64,000 nucleotides of DNA from an uncultured Alphaproteobacteria bacterium. GTDB taxonomy: Bacteria > Pseudomonadota > Alphaproteobacteria > ATCC43930 > CGMCC-115725. Under the pieces are notes generated by a model. It searched no databases. It had not been told where the DNA came from and saw nothing but the letters and a program-made list of their open reading frames with translations. The DNA is taken from the NCBI GenBank assembly GCA_963788085.1, contig CAWBFS010000016.1:4639-68638 (forward strand), given 5' to 3'. Shown piece after piece: positions 9,232-19,858 of this stretch (the first letter of the stretch is position 1; each line of letters opens with the position of its first letter). The position numbers and the translations under genes are program-made.

Positions 9232-10167
9232 TTACGACCGGTCGCGAAAGGCTGTTGCCGTCGCTGCCAGCCCGATTTCCGGCGAGACCGGAGGCCGCCA
9301 ATCGAGCGCGGCGCGGGTCTCCGCGTCATCGACCTGCAGAGAGAGGGTTAGCCGCGTGAACAATGGCCCTAGCATCGGAAGACGGCGAAGCACAGCAAAT
9401 GCGGGCTGTGGGACGCCGAAGAGTCGGGCCGGCCTGTCCAATCCGGCGGCCAGAAGCCGGATCAGCTCGGGTGTCGACAGGTCGGCTGCGTCGCGCGCCA
9501 GCAGCGCCCGCCCGGATGCGCCGGGATGCAGACAAGCGCGGCCGACGAGATCGATGAGGTTGTCGATGAAGATCAGGCTGCGGCGATTGTCGATCCCGGC
9601 GAGAGGCAGCGGCAGCCCGCTCGCGACGAGGCGCATCAGCGCCCGGAAATTTGCCTTCACGCCGGGACCGTAGACGAGCGGCGGGCGCAGAATGACGAGC
9701 TCGATCCCGCTTTCCTGCGCCGCGGCCTGCAAGGCGCGCTCGATCGCGAGCTTGCCGCGGCCATAAGGATCGCGCGGGCGCGGTGGGTCGGTCGCGCGAA
9801 GTGGCGCTCCGGGCGGCGTGGCTTCGCCCATCGCGCGGACCGAGCTCATATGGATCAGCCGGCGCACTCCGGCTTTTGCCGCAGAGTGCGCCAGGATTTG
9901 CGCGGCCTGCGCCTCGTTATGATCGCCTGGCTCCCGCCCGGAGCGGTGCGCGCGGTTGGCGAGATGCACGACGATTTCGATGCGGTCGAGATGCCCCGAC
10001 CAGTCGGTCGTGGGGCCGATATCGCCGATGGGGCGAAGTTCGATTTCCGGGATTGGTTCCGCCGGACGCCTGGATAATCCGAGCACGGCATGGCCACGCT
10101 CGACGAGGCCGACGCAGAGCGCGCGGCCGATGAAGCCGGCCGCACCGGTCACTAGGATGCGTGCCAA
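9232..10167 (-). CDS. NAD-dependent epimerase/dehydratase (SDR-extended)
   Basis: MARILVTGAAGFIGRAL Rossmann motif plus YGRGK (YxxxK). Confidence 0.8.
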   Translation of the reverse strand: MARILVTGAAGFIGRALCVGLVERGHAVLGLSRRPAEPIPEIELRPIGDIGPTTDWSGHLDRIEIVVHLANRAHRSGREPGDHNEAQAAQILAHSAAKAGVRRLIHMSSVRAMGEATPPGAPLRATDPPRPRDPYGRGKLAIERALQAAAQESGIELVILRPPLVYGPGVKANFRALMRLVASGLPLPLAGIDNRRSLIFIDNLIDLVGRACLHPGASGRALLARDAADLSTPELIRLLAAGLDRPARLFGVPQPAFAVLRRLPMLGPLFTRLTLSLQVDDAETRAALDWRPPVSPEIGLAATATAFRDRS

Positions 10168-10268
10168 GCGCCACCCTGGGCCCGACCGCCTCGCCGATTG
10201 TCCAACCGATCCGGACGCAGATGCATTAGAGAGATCCCGGTGCCGATCCGACCCTCAGGCGTTTCGAC

Positions 10269-11492
10269 GTGGCCCTATCCGTTATCACAGAACCGCTGAA
10301 CCTGCGGACATCGCCCACGGCTCCCGCTGCGGCGCGGCGGCCAAAGCTGCTCTTTCTCGTCACCGAGGATTGGTACTTCTGCTCGCACCGTCTGCCGGTG
10401 GCACGCGCCGCCCGGGCAGCCGGCTTCGACGTCGTGGTCGCAACACGCGTGCGCGCGCATGGCGATCGCATCTGCGACGAAGGTTTCGGCCTACGCCCGA
10501 TCGGATGGCGGCGGCGCGGGGACGGGCTGATTGGCGCCGCGCGGGCAATCTCCGAAATCGCCGGGCTCTATCGCGCCGAGCAGCCCGACCTTGTGCATCA
10601 GATCGCGCTGAAACCGGTGCTGTTCGGCGGTATCGCCCTGCGTCGCGCCTTCCCCTCTCCGGCAAGTGCTCCGGTGGCGATTGATTCGATCATGGGTCTG
10701 GGTTCCCGTTTCTCTGCCGCGAGCTTTGCCGCGAGGTTGCGGCGACCGTCGCTGGGCATCGCGCTGCGCCTCGCGGCACCTAGAGAGCGGGGTTGGGTCA
10801 TTGTGCAGAACCCGGAAGACCGCGACGCGCTGATCACACTCGGGATCGCGCCTCCACAAATCGCCATGATTAGAGGGTCGGGCGTCGACTGTAACCATTT
10901 TCGAGCGCTACCTGATCCGGACGCCAGGACCGTCACAGTTGCCGTCGTCTCGCGTATGCTGCGGGACAAGGGCGTGCTCGACGCTGCCGCCGCAATCCGC
11001 CTGCTCCGACGGCGCGGCCTCGCGGTCGAACTGTTGCTCGCAGGACCGACCGATCCCGACAACCGTGGCTCGTTGACCGTGGAATTACTGGTCTCGCTGA
11101 CTACCGAGCCCGGTATCGAGTGGCTGGGCCCTGTTGCCGATGTCCGCGCCGTGTGGGGCCGGGCGGCGATCGCGGTGCTGCCCTCGACCTATGGCGAAGG
11201 CGTGCCGAAGGCGTTGCTCGAGGCGGCCGCCTGCGCGCGTCCCATTGTCGCCAGCGACGTAGCCGGCTGCCGCGAGATCGTCCGCACCGGCGAGACCGGC
11301 CTCCTGGTGCCGCCACGCGATATCCAGGGACTGGCGGAAGCCATCGCTGCGCTCGCCGGCGATCCGGTACGCCGCAGAGCGATGGGGCGTGCGGGACGCG
11401 CATTGGTCGAGCGCGAGTTTGACGAGGATATCGTCGCGCGGGAGACGCTCGCGGTTTATGCCGCTGCCTTGCGCGAAAAGGCGGTGCGATGA
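10269..11492 (+). CDS. Glycosyltransferase family 4 (GT1 superfamily)
   Basis: C-terminal EGVPKALLEAAACARPIVASDVAGCREIV..GETGLLVPP motif. GTG start; the exact start is uncertain. Confidence 0.75.
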   Translation: MALSVITEPLNLRTSPTAPAAARRPKLLFLVTEDWYFCSHRLPVARAARAAGFDVVVATRVRAHGDRICDEGFGLRPIGWRRRGDGLIGAARAISEIAGLYRAEQPDLVHQIALKPVLFGGIALRRAFPSPASAPVAIDSIMGLGSRFSAASFAARLRRPSLGIALRLAAPRERGWVIVQNPEDRDALITLGIAPPQIAMIRGSGVDCNHFRALPDPDARTVTVAVVSRMLRDKGVLDAAAAIRLLRRRGLAVELLLAGPTDPDNRGSLTVELLVSLTTEPGIEWLGPVADVRAVWGRAAIAVLPSTYGEGVPKALLEAAACARPIVASDVAGCREIVRTGETGLLVPPRDIQGLAEAIAALAGDPVRRRAMGRAGRALVEREFDEDIVARETLAVYAAALREKAVR

Positions 11493-11860
11493 TGATTCGA
11501 GCGTGGCTCCTTGCGGCGGCCCTCGGCGGGTTCCTGTCAGTCGCGGCAGGCGCCGCCGCGGCGCATTTCGCCGCCGGCGACCGAGTCGCCGAATTGCTGC
11601 GGGCGGGCGCCCTCTACGGCATGGTGCACGCCGCGGCGCTGATCGCCGTGACGGCGATCGCGCAGTCTCCCGGCCGCCTCGGGCTGGCGCTGACTATCGC
11701 GGGTTGCAGCTTTGCCGCCGGCATGCTGTTGTTCAGCCTCAGCCTCTTTGCGCTGGCACTGACCGGACGCGAATGGCTTGGCGTGATTACGCCTTTCGGC
11801 GGCGCGGGTTTACTCGTCGGTTGGGCCGCGCTCGCCTTTCATGGCTCGAGCCGCCGCTAG
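11489..11860 (+). CDS. DUF423 (YgdD/TMEM256) membrane protein
   Basis: 123 aa, four hydrophobic segments, AAGAAAAHF and YGMVHAAAL motifs. Its ATG overlaps the GT4 stop. Confidence 0.75.
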   Translation: MMIRAWLLAAALGGFLSVAAGAAAAHFAAGDRVAELLRAGALYGMVHAAALIAVTAIAQSPGRLGLALTIAGCSFAAGMLLFSLSLFALALTGREWLGVITPFGGAGLLVGWAALAFHGSSRR

Positions 11861-11934
11861 GGAACAGGCGCGCCGAGCCTGTGGTCTTCATCTAAACGGG
11901 TGTGCGACACTCGGCCGGCTGCGAGGATTCTCCG

Positions 11935-12861
11935 ATGACGACATTGCTTTATACGCACCCAGCCTGTCTCGACCATGATCCCGGCCGGCATCATCCTGAA
12001 TCGCCGGCCCGGTTGCGGGCGGTGCTGGCGGCGCTCGACGATCCGGAATTCGCCCGGCTGGAGCGCTGCGAAGCGCCGCAAGCTGCCCGCGACGATCTGC
12101 TGCGTGTCCACCCCCGGCGGCACGTCGAGGGTATTCTCGGCGCCGTGCCCAAAACCGGCCATATCGCAATCGATGCCGATACGGTGCTGTCCCCAGCATC
12201 GGGAGAAGCGGCGTTGCGCGCCGCCGGCGCGGTCGTCGCTGCAGTCGATGCGGTCGTGGCAAAGGAGGCCGACAATGCGTTTTGCGCGGTCCGGCCGCCC
12301 GGCCATCATGCCGAGCCGCAACGGGCGATGGGGTTTTGCCTCTTCAACAATGCGGCGATCGGCGCGCTGCGGGCGCGCGAGGTGCACGGGTTCGCCCGCG
12401 TGGCCGTGGTCGATTTCGACGTCCATCACGGCAATGGCACGCAAGCGGCATTCGAGGCGGACGGCACTCTGTTCTACGCCTCGACGCACCAGTATCCATT
12501 CTACCCTGGAACCGGTGCGGCGAGCGAGACTGGGGTCGGCAATATCGTAAACGTGCCGCTGCGCCCGATGGCCGGCTCGAGCCAGTTCCGTCTCGGCGTG
12601 ACGCAACGCATCCTGCCGGCACTCGATGCGTTCCGGCCCGAATTGGTGCTGGTCTCGGCGGGTTTCGACGCTCACAGGAGCGATCCGCTGGCCCAGCTGA
12701 TGCTCGACGAGGCTGATTATACCTGGGTGACCGAAAAGTTGCTCGAGATTGCCTATCGCCATGCTGCAGGTCGTCTGGTCGCTACTCTCGAGGGAGGCTA
12801 CGATCTGCCGGCGCTGGCGGCCAGCGTCGCGGCGCATGTCCGCGTGCTGATGTCGATGTGA
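11935..12861 (+). CDS. Histone deacetylase-family (acetoin utilisation / HDAC-like) amidohydrolase
   Basis: HPE.P.R, RPPGHHA, DFDVHHGNGTQ and EGGY motifs. GAGGA lies 7 nt upstream of the ATG at 11935. Confidence 0.85.
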   Translation: MTTLLYTHPACLDHDPGRHHPESPARLRAVLAALDDPEFARLERCEAPQAARDDLLRVHPRRHVEGILGAVPKTGHIAIDADTVLSPASGEAALRAAGAVVAAVDAVVAKEADNAFCAVRPPGHHAEPQRAMGFCLFNNAAIGALRAREVHGFARVAVVDFDVHHGNGTQAAFEADGTLFYASTHQYPFYPGTGAASETGVGNIVNVPLRPMAGSSQFRLGVTQRILPALDAFRPELVLVSAGFDAHRSDPLAQLMLDEADYTWVTEKLLEIAYRHAAGRLVATLEGGYDLPALAASVAAHVRVLMSM

Positions 12862-12877
12862 CGGAGCGGCCGTTCGT

Positions 12878-12902
12878 GCTGTTGTAATTCGGCAACAACA
12901 GC
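12878..12902 (+). terminator. Hairpin after the HDAC-like gene
   Basis: 8-bp stem GCTGTTGT / ACAACAGC with a 9-nt loop, followed by CTTATTTC. Confidence 0.45.
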
Positions 12903-12972
12903 CTTATTTCGCGCTCTCGTCATCTGCTAGATGGCAGAACCACTATCGCGTTTTTTGTTAAGAAGAAAGTAG

Positions 12973-13224
12973 ATGGTCGACCCAGGCGTTCCCCCCGATA
13001 TCGCCGCGATGAGTTTCGAGGATGCGCTTGCCGAGCTCGAGCAGATCGTCCGCCGGCTCGAAGGCGGCCAGGTCAAGCTCGACGAAGCAATAATGTCTTA
13101 TGAGCGCGGAGCTCAACTGAAGCGGCATTGCGAAAGAAAGCTGAACGAGGCGCAGCAAAGGGTGGATCGAATTGTTATCGGCCCCGAGGGCGCCATCGGC
13201 GTGGAGCCCGCCAAACTTGACTGA
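12973..13224 (+). CDS. xseB: Exodeoxyribonuclease VII small subunit
   Basis: SFEDALAELEQIVRRLEGG...LDEAI..YERG..L..C over 83 aa. It heads the conserved xseB-ispA-dxs order. Confidence 0.85.
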   Translation: MVDPGVPPDIAAMSFEDALAELEQIVRRLEGGQVKLDEAIMSYERGAQLKRHCERKLNEAQQRVDRIVIGPEGAIGVEPAKLD

Positions 13225-14128
13225 AACGACGTGGTCCGAACCGATTTTTTTCCCGCGCGCTTTGGACGAGGCAGCCAAGCTGACCGACGCTGCATTGGAG
13301 CGGCTGCTCGTCGTACCCCCCGGTCTCGAGGCCAGGGTTTATGACGCGATGCGCTACTCGGCCCTGGCGCCGGGGAAACGGCTGCGACCCTTTCTGGTCC
13401 TGGCCGGCGCCGGGCTTTTTGGGGTCGCCCGGCGCTGCGCCCTGCAGGTAGCGGCAGCGATCGAGATGGTCCACACCTATTCCCTCGTTCATGACGACTT
13501 GCCGGCGATGGACAATAGCGATTTGCGCCGCGGCCGCGCGACCTGCCACAAGCAGTTCGACGAGGCGACGGCGGTTCTCGCCGGAGACGGTCTGTTAACC
13601 GCGGCCTTCGGGGTGCTGGCCGATCCGGATACCCACGGGGATCCTGCGGTGCGCTGCGAACTCGTCTCGGAGCTCGCCACCGCCGCCGGTGCGGCGGGTA
13701 TGGTCGGCGGGCAGATGATCGATCTAATCGCCGAGCGCCAGACCTTGGACATCGGTGCGATCACCCGACTCCAGCGAATGAAGACCGGCGCGCTGATCGC
13801 CTTTTCGTGCGAAGCCGGAGCGATTCTCGCCAAGGCGCCTGGTGAAGCCCGGATCGCGCTACGCGGCTACGCCCACGATCTGGGGCTTGCCTTCCAAATC
13901 GCCGACGATCTTCTCGATGTGGAAGGCTCGGCGGCTGAGACTGGGAAGCCGGTGGGCGCCGACGCCGCGGCCGGAAAAGCCACCTTCGTCTCGATACTCG
14001 GGGCGGACCGCGCCCGAGCTCAGGCCGAGCTGCTGATTAACCAAGCGGTGGCCCACCTTGATTTGTTCGAACAAAGAGCGGAACTTTTACGCGAGGCGGC
14101 GCGATTCGTGATAACCCGCCGTACGTGA
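13217..14128 (+). CDS. ispA: Farnesyl diphosphate synthase / polyprenyl synthetase
   Basis: Both aspartate-rich motifs are present ([11 protein letters not shown] and FQIADDLLD). I chose the TTG at 13217, which overlaps the xseB stop; the start is uncertain. Confidence 0.8.
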   Translation: MTETTWSEPIFFPRALDEAAKLTDAALERLLVVPPGLEARVYDAMRYSALAPGKRLRPFLVLAGAGLFGVARRCALQVAAAIEMVHTYSLVHDDLPAMDNSDLRRGRATCHKQFDEATAVLAGDGLLTAAFGVLADPDTHGDPAVRCELVSELATAAGAAGMVGGQMIDLIAERQTLDIGAITRLQRMKTGALIAFSCEAGAILAKAPGEARIALRGYAHDLGLAFQIADDLLDVEGSAAETGKPVGADAAAGKATFVSILGADRARAQAELLINQAVAHLDLFEQRAELLREAARFVITRRT

Positions 14129-16080
14129 GGAGCGCAGAATTGGATTCAAACCCAACACGCCCGATTTCCAATCGGACGCCGTTGCTCGACCAGATCGATG
14201 TTCCGGCTGATCTGCGCAAGCTGCGGGAAGAAGATCTGCGGCAGCTCGCCGACGAGTTGCGCGCGGAACTGATCGATGCGGTTTCGATCACCGGCGGTCA
14301 TTTCGGCGCCAGCCTCGGGGTCGTCGAGCTGACTGTGGCGCTGCACTACGTCTTCGACACGCCGCATGACCGGCTCATTTGGGACGTCGGTCATCAGGCA
14401 TATCCGCATAAGATCCTGACGGGCCGGCGCGACCGTATCCGCACGATCCGGCAGGGCGGCGGGCTTTCGGGTTTCACGAAACGGTCGGAGAGTGAATACG
14501 ACCCGTTCGGCGCCGCGCACGCTTCGACCTCGATTTCCTCCGCGCTCGGCATGGCCGTCGCCCGCGACTTCCGCGGCGAGCAGCGCAACGTCATCGCTGT
14601 GATCGGCGACAGCGCGATGAGCGGGGGGATGGCCTACGAGGCGATGAACAACGCCGGGGCGATGGATTCGCGGCTGATCGTCATTCTCAACGACAACGAC
14701 ATGTCGATCGCGCCGGCGGTAGGCGCGATGAGCGCCTATCTGTCGCGCCTGCTGTCTTCGAAGTCCTTCATGTCGCTGCGCCACATCGCCAAGGAGGTGG
14801 CGCGCCACTTCCCGAAGCCGCTCGAAGATGCGGCGCGCCGAGCCGAGGAATACGCCCGTGGCTTTGTCACCGGCGGGACATTGTTCGAGGAACTCGGCTT
14901 TTACTATGTCGGCCCGATCGACGGCCACAACATCGATCATCTACTGCCGGTCCTGAAGAACGTCCGCGACAGCCAGGAACCGGGACCAGTGCTGATCCAC
15001 GCAGTGACCGAAAAGGGCCACGGCTATCTGTCGGCCGAGCAGGCCGAGGACAAGTGGCACAGCGTCGCAAAATTCGATGTCGTCACCGGCGCCCAAGTGA
15101 AATCGAAGTCGACCGCGCCTTCCTATACTAGCGTGTTCGCCAAATCGCTGATCAAAGAGGCCGAGGCCGATGACCGTATCGTCGCGATCACCGCGGCGAT
15201 GCCGTCGGGAACCGGGCTCAACCTGTTCGGCGACAAATTTCCGAAGCGGTGCTTCGACGTCGGCATCGCCGAACAACACGCGGTGACATTCGCCGCCGGC
15301 CTTGCCGCCGAGGGCATGAAGCCCTTCGCCGCGATCTACTCCACCTTCCTGCAGCGCGCCTACGACCAGGTCGTCCACGACGTCGCGATCCAGAAATTGC
15401 CGGTGCGCTTTGCCATCGACCGCGCCGGTCTGGTCGGGAATGACGGCCAGACTCATGCGGGCTCCTTCGATGTAACCTATCTCGGCTGCCTGCCCGGGTT
15501 CGTCATTATGGCTGCGGGCGACGAAGCCGACCTTTTCCACATGGTGGCGACCTGCGCGGCGATTGACGACGCGCCCTCGGCGGTGCGCTATCCGCGCGGC
15601 GACGGCATCGGCGTGCGGCTGCCGGAGCGGGGTGTGCCGCTCGAGATAGGTCGTGGCCGCATCATGCGCGAGGGCACTAAAATAGCGCTTTTGAATCTGG
15701 GTGGGCGCCTTACGGAATGCATGAAAGCGGCGCAGGAGCTCGGCACATATGGGCTGTCGACGACGGTCGCCGATGCGCGTTTTGCCAAGCCCCTCGACAC
15801 CGAGCTGATCAATCGCCTGGCGCGCGAGCACGAGGTCATGGTTACGGTCGAGGAGGGGGCGATCGGCGGCTTTGGTAGCCACGTTCTGCACCACCTCGCG
15901 ATGACCGGGATGCTCGACCACGGGGTGAAGATCCGCACGATGGTGCTGCCCGATGTCTTTCTCGACCACGATTCCCCGCAGGCGCAATATGACCAGGCGG
16001 GGCTCAACGCCCGCCACATTGTAGCAATGGCGCTGTCGGCGCTCGGCCGCGAACTCACCGAGCAGCCGGCCCGCGCCTAG
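14125..16080 (+). CDS. dxs: 1-deoxy-D-xylulose-5-phosphate synthase
   Basis: 651 aa with GGH.G..LG..EL..ALH, GDG....GM..EA.N and full-length collinearity. The GTG overlaps the ispA stop. Confidence 0.95.
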   Translation: MRSAELDSNPTRPISNRTPLLDQIDVPADLRKLREEDLRQLADELRAELIDAVSITGGHFGASLGVVELTVALHYVFDTPHDRLIWDVGHQAYPHKILTGRRDRIRTIRQGGGLSGFTKRSESEYDPFGAAHASTSISSALGMAVARDFRGEQRNVIAVIGDSAMSGGMAYEAMNNAGAMDSRLIVILNDNDMSIAPAVGAMSAYLSRLLSSKSFMSLRHIAKEVARHFPKPLEDAARRAEEYARGFVTGGTLFEELGFYYVGPIDGHNIDHLLPVLKNVRDSQEPGPVLIHAVTEKGHGYLSAEQAEDKWHSVAKFDVVTGAQVKSKSTAPSYTSVFAKSLIKEAEADDRIVAITAAMPSGTGLNLFGDKFPKRCFDVGIAEQHAVTFAAGLAAEGMKPFAAIYSTFLQRAYDQVVHDVAIQKLPVRFAIDRAGLVGNDGQTHAGSFDVTYLGCLPGFVIMAAGDEADLFHMVATCAAIDDAPSAVRYPRGDGIGVRLPERGVPLEIGRGRIMREGTKIALLNLGGRLTECMKAAQELGTYGLSTTVADARFAKPLDTELINRLAREHEVMVTVEEGAIGGFGSHVLHHLAMTGMLDHGVKIRTMVLPDVFLDHDSPQAQYDQAGLNARHIVAMALSALGRELTEQPARA

Positions 16081-16228
16081 CCCGGGTCGTGATCCTTCAT
16101 TTCCGCGAAAGCGCAGGGCTGCCCGGGGCAAATTTGCGGGTCGGATCAAGCGAGGAAATCGGCCGGGCCAACTTCTTCTTGGCCGGCTTGGCCCGGCCAC
16201 GCCTCGGCATCTGAAACAAAGGCGTGGA

Positions 16229-16249
16229 TGCGCGGATCAAGTCCGCGCA
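16229..16249. repeat. Perfect palindromic hairpin (REP-like)
   Basis: TGCGCGGA-TCAAG-TCCGCGCA in the convergent dxs / enoyl-CoA hydratase spacer. A related CGGATCAAG motif occurs about 80 nt upstream. Confidence 0.45.
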
Positions 16250-16308
16250 AGACGACTTGGGGTTGATCCCTCCGGGGCGCCCCCCAGGTGAGGGTGCCTA
16301 TAAGCGGA

Positions 16309-17109
16309 TCACCGGCCCTTGAACGCCGGCTTGCGTTTTTCCATGAAAGCGGTGCGGCCCTCGGCGTAATCCTGGCTGGCGAAGCACTCGTCGACCAAGC
16401 GCTTGCACAGTGCCAAGTCGCGAGTCGACTCGTCCTTGAGCGCCTCGCGGACGGCGACCTTGGCTGCACGCACGGTCAGCGGCGCGTTGTGCGCGATCAT
16501 CGCGCAATAATTGTCGACATACGCCTCCAACTCGCCGTCCGGCACCACTTGGTTCACGAGGCCCATGCGCAACGCCTCCTCGGCGGTGAACTGGCGCGCG
16601 GTAAAGAAGATCTCGCGGGCATGGGCCGGGCCGACCAGGTCGATCAGCTTCTTGATGCCGTCATAGGCGTAGCCGAGACCGAGCTTGGCCGCGGGAATGC
16701 CAAATTTCGAGTTCTCGGCGGCAATCCGCATGTCGCAGGCAAGAGCGGTGCCGACACCGCCGCCGATGCAGTAGCCGCGGATCATCGCGATGGTCGGCTT
16801 CAGGGTTTCCTGCAGGCGCATCCGCGCGCCTTCCGAAATCTTCGAATAGGCGGCAGCCGCTTCTTCGGAGGCGCGCCGCTCCTTGAATTCGGAAATGTCG
16901 GCGCCGGAGACGAAAGCCCGGCCACCCGCTCCACTGACGACGATGACCCGGATCGCGTCGTCGCGCTCGAAATCATCGATGATATGCGTCACCGCTTCCC
17001 ACATTTCGAGCGAGACCGCGTTGTGCCGCGCCGGGTTGTTGAAGATCAGGCGGCCAATACCGTCCGCCTTCTCGGCGATCATCTTGCTGGTGATGGGCTG
17101 GTCGAGCAT
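16309..17109 (-). CDS. Enoyl-CoA hydratase/isomerase (crotonase) family
   Basis: 266 aa with VVSGAGGRAFVSGADI and IAMIRGYCIGGG motifs. Confidence 0.85.
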   Translation of the reverse strand: MLDQPITSKMIAEKADGIGRLIFNNPARHNAVSLEMWEAVTHIIDDFERDDAIRVIVVSGAGGRAFVSGADISEFKERRASEEAAAAYSKISEGARMRLQETLKPTIAMIRGYCIGGGVGTALACDMRIAAENSKFGIPAAKLGLGYAYDGIKKLIDLVGPAHAREIFFTARQFTAEEALRMGLVNQVVPDGELEAYVDNYCAMIAHNAPLTVRAAKVAVREALKDESTRDLALCKRLVDECFASQDYAEGRTAFMEKRKPAFKGR

Positions 17110-17121
17110 GGGTTTCGCTCC

Positions 17122-18310
17122 TTAAACGACTTCGCGGGCGCGCAGCTCGGCGATCGCCGCGTCGTTGTAGCCGAGCCCGCGCAATATCTCCTCGGTATGC
17201 TGGCCGAGATCGGGGGTCGGCCGCAGTTTTGCGGGCTCCGGGGTGCGGGTCATGTTGATCGCCTGGCCCACCACTTTGATCGGCCCGAGCTTCGGATGAT
17301 CGACGGGACGGGCCATTTCGAGGTGCTGGACCTGCGGGTCGGCAAAGGTCTGGTCGATCGTATAAATCGGCCCGCACGGCACACCGACCTCGTTCATCAA
17401 CTCGACCCAATAGGCGGACGGGCGCTTCTTGGTGATTTCGCCGATCCGTTCGTTGAGCGCCTTGCGGTTCTTTGAGCGTTGTGCGCCGGTCGCATAATCG
17501 GGATCGTCCAGCAACGCCATCGCATCGGCCGCCTCGCAGAAGCGGCGGAACATGTGGTCGCCTGAAGCGGCGATGTTGATCTGCCCGTCCGAGGTCGGGA
17601 AGACGCCGGTCGGGATGCCGGTCGGATGGTCGTTGCCGGCCTGCTTGGCGACCTCGCCAGCAATCAGCCAGCGTGAGGCCTGGAAGTCGAGCATGAAGAT
17701 CTGCGCCTCGAGCAATGAGGTGTGGACCCATTGCCCGACGCCGCTCGTTTCGCGCTCGATCAGCGCCATCATCATTGCCTGCGCGAGCAACAGACCGGCG
17801 CAGAGATCGTCGATCGGGATGCCGACCCGCACCGGCCCATGGCCCGGCAAGCCGGTAATCGACATAAGCCCGCCCATGCCCTGGGCGATCTGGTCGACAC
17901 CAGGCCGCTTCGCATAAGGCCCGCTCTGGCCGAACCCGGAAATGCTGCCGTAGACGATGCGCGGATTGACCTTCTTGACCGAACTCGTAATCGACGCCGA
18001 GGCGGTATTTTACCTCGGAGCGGAAATTCTCGACGATGACGTCAGCCTTCTCCGCCAGCTTAAAAAAGATTGCCTTGCCTTCCTCGGTCTTCAGGTTGAG
18101 CGTCAGGCTGCGCTTGTTGCGGTGCAGGTTCTGGAAATCAAACCCGTCGCGCCGCGAGCCGGTGACATCGCCTCTGGCCTCGCCCGGCTGCTCGATCTTG
18201 ATCACATTGGCGCCCCAATCGGCGAACTGGCGGACCGCAGTCGGCCCGGCCCGGGCATGACACAGATCGAGAACGGTGTAGCGGGCGAGAGGCAGCGATC
18301 CGATGCTCAC
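17122..18310 (-). pseudogene. Family III (CaiB/BaiF) CoA-transferase, one frameshift
   Basis: The N-terminal part (RYTVLDL...GPTAVRQFADWGANVIKIE) and the C-terminal part (QGMGGLMSITG...) are in different frames. Reading through an extra base at about 17982 restores DYE.VKKVNPRIVYGSISGFGQSGPYAKRPGVDQIAQGMGG. Confidence 0.8.
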
Positions 18311-18374
18311 AACGAGGTTCCTTTGGTCTTGGTGGAGTCAGTTGCCGAACTTACACCCGCCGCGCGCGGCAAGG

Positions 18375-18974
18375 TCAAGTATCCGCGCCGATCGCGCGAC
18401 GGAAGCGGTTCTTGAGGAAGACGCCGTCGCGGGGCGGCAGAACGCGCGGCGGTTCGTCCGCGCGGATCGCGACGCGTGCGAACAGACTGGCCGCCGAATT
18501 GTGGAGTTGGGCAGCGAATTCGCGCAACCCGACTTCGTCGTTGATGTCGAAAGCCTGCTTGAAGCCGCAGGCCCGGGCGACTTCGACCAGCGAGACACCC
18601 TCAGCGGTATGGCTCGCCTGCATGCCGGTTTCGCCGTAATGACCGTTGTCGAAGACGGCAATCGCCAGGTTTGGCGGGCCCTGCACGCCGATGGTTGCGA
18701 GCGCGCCGAGCCCCATCAGCATCTCACCGTCGCCGGTGACGACGAGAATGCGGCGTTCCGGCCGAGCGATCGCCAGCCCCAGTCCGACCATCGCCGCCGC
18801 TCCCATGGCACCCCAGAGATAGAAATTGCGATCATCGTCGGTGACCGAAGCGGCATCCCAGGTCGTCGAGCCGAGCCCGGTGACGAGCAGCAGATCGCCG
18901 CGATTTTCGAGCAGGATGCGGATTGCCGCGCGGCGGGCGAGACGCTGATCAAGTCGGGGCTCGTTCGAGATCAT
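18375..18974 (-). CDS. TPP-dependent decarboxylase, beta subunit (sulfopyruvate/phosphonopyruvate decarboxylase-like)
   Basis: TPP-binding motif VVTGDGEMLMGLGALATI...NLAIAVFDNGHYGETG. The ATG at 18974 forms an ATGA overlap with the alpha-subunit stop. Confidence 0.75.
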   Translation of the reverse strand: MISNEPRLDQRLARRAAIRILLENRGDLLLVTGLGSTTWDAASVTDDDRNFYLWGAMGAAAMVGLGLAIARPERRILVVTGDGEMLMGLGALATIGVQGPPNLAIAVFDNGHYGETGMQASHTAEGVSLVEVARACGFKQAFDINDEVGLREFAAQLHNSAASLFARVAIRADEPPRVLPPRDGVFLKNRFRRAIGADT

Positions 18975-19507
18975 TTCACCCACCGTTTTGCGCCGATGAG
19001 CCGTTGCGACAGCAGTACCGCCGTTGCGAGATCCCCGTTGAAGGCGATATCGAGCGCGGCGGCGACCGTCTCAGCGGCGTCTTCGGGCCGGTCGACCCGG
19101 TAGACGAGAACATCGCACAGTTCGAGAGCCGCCTGGGTCCGAGACCCCATCGGCACCTGCCAGGGATTGAATTCGGCCCACTCGCCGCGCATCGTCACCA
19201 GCATCGTAAGCGGGAAGCGGCAGGTTTTGGTCATCGACAGCATGTTGATGCAGTTGCCGACCCCGCTCGACTGCATCAACAAGGCCCCGCGCTGACCACC
19301 GAGCCACGCGCCGGCGAGCAGCCCCACCCCCTCCTCTTCGCTCGTCAGCGGTACCGCGCGGATTTCCGGATCGTCTCGGCACAACTCGATCAATCGCGCA
19401 TGCCCGGCATCCGGGACGTAGCCAACCTGCTGAATTTCGGCGGCCTTCAGCGCCGCGAAGATCTCTTCCCGCCAGTCGGAGCCTTCCGCCGCCGTGGGTT
19501 CGCGCAT
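18971..19507 (-). CDS. TPP-dependent decarboxylase, alpha subunit (ComD-like)
   Basis: VGYVPDAGH..LI and SEEEGVGLLAGAWLGGQRGALLMQSSGVGNCIN motifs. The start is uncertain (19507, or as far as 19588). Confidence 0.7.
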   Translation of the reverse strand: MREPTAAEGSDWREEIFAALKAAEIQQVGYVPDAGHARLIELCRDDPEIRAVPLTSEEEGVGLLAGAWLGGQRGALLMQSSGVGNCINMLSMTKTCRFPLTMLVTMRGEWAEFNPWQVPMGSRTQAALELCDVLVYRVDRPEDAAETVAAALDIAFNGDLATAVLLSQRLIGAKRWVK

Positions 19508-19599
19508 GCTGGAATCTTCCCGCCACTCCGAGATGGCAAACCTAGCACGATCCCTATCTTCATTGAATTCCAACACCGGATCGTCCATACGGGTGAGCC

Positions 19600-19857
19600 G
19601 TGAGCGAAGAGCCCGATGACTTGGTCCTCGTTTACCTGCGCAGGATCGACACGAAAGTCGATCGGCTGACGGATGATGTGCAGGATCTCAAGCACCGAAT
19701 GAGGTCGCTAGAGGGGCAAGTCGCCGGGCTGCGCAGCGAAACCGCGAGCATCCGCGGGACATGGCGGGCGGCGATGTCTCTGAGGATCGACCGCATCGAA
19801 ACCCGGCTCGATCGGATCGAGCGGCGGCTCGACCTCGTAGCTGCACCTACAGCTTAG
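19600..19857 (+). CDS. Small predicted coiled-coil protein, unknown function
   Basis: 85-aa GTG-initiated ORF with heptad-like charged repeats (DRLTDDVQDLKHRMRSLEGQV..., RIDRIETRLDRIERRLD) and coding-like third-position GC. Confidence 0.4.
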   Translation: MSEEPDDLVLVYLRRIDTKVDRLTDDVQDLKHRMRSLEGQVAGLRSETASIRGTWRAAMSLRIDRIETRLDRIERRLDLVAAPTA

Positions 19858-19858
19858 T

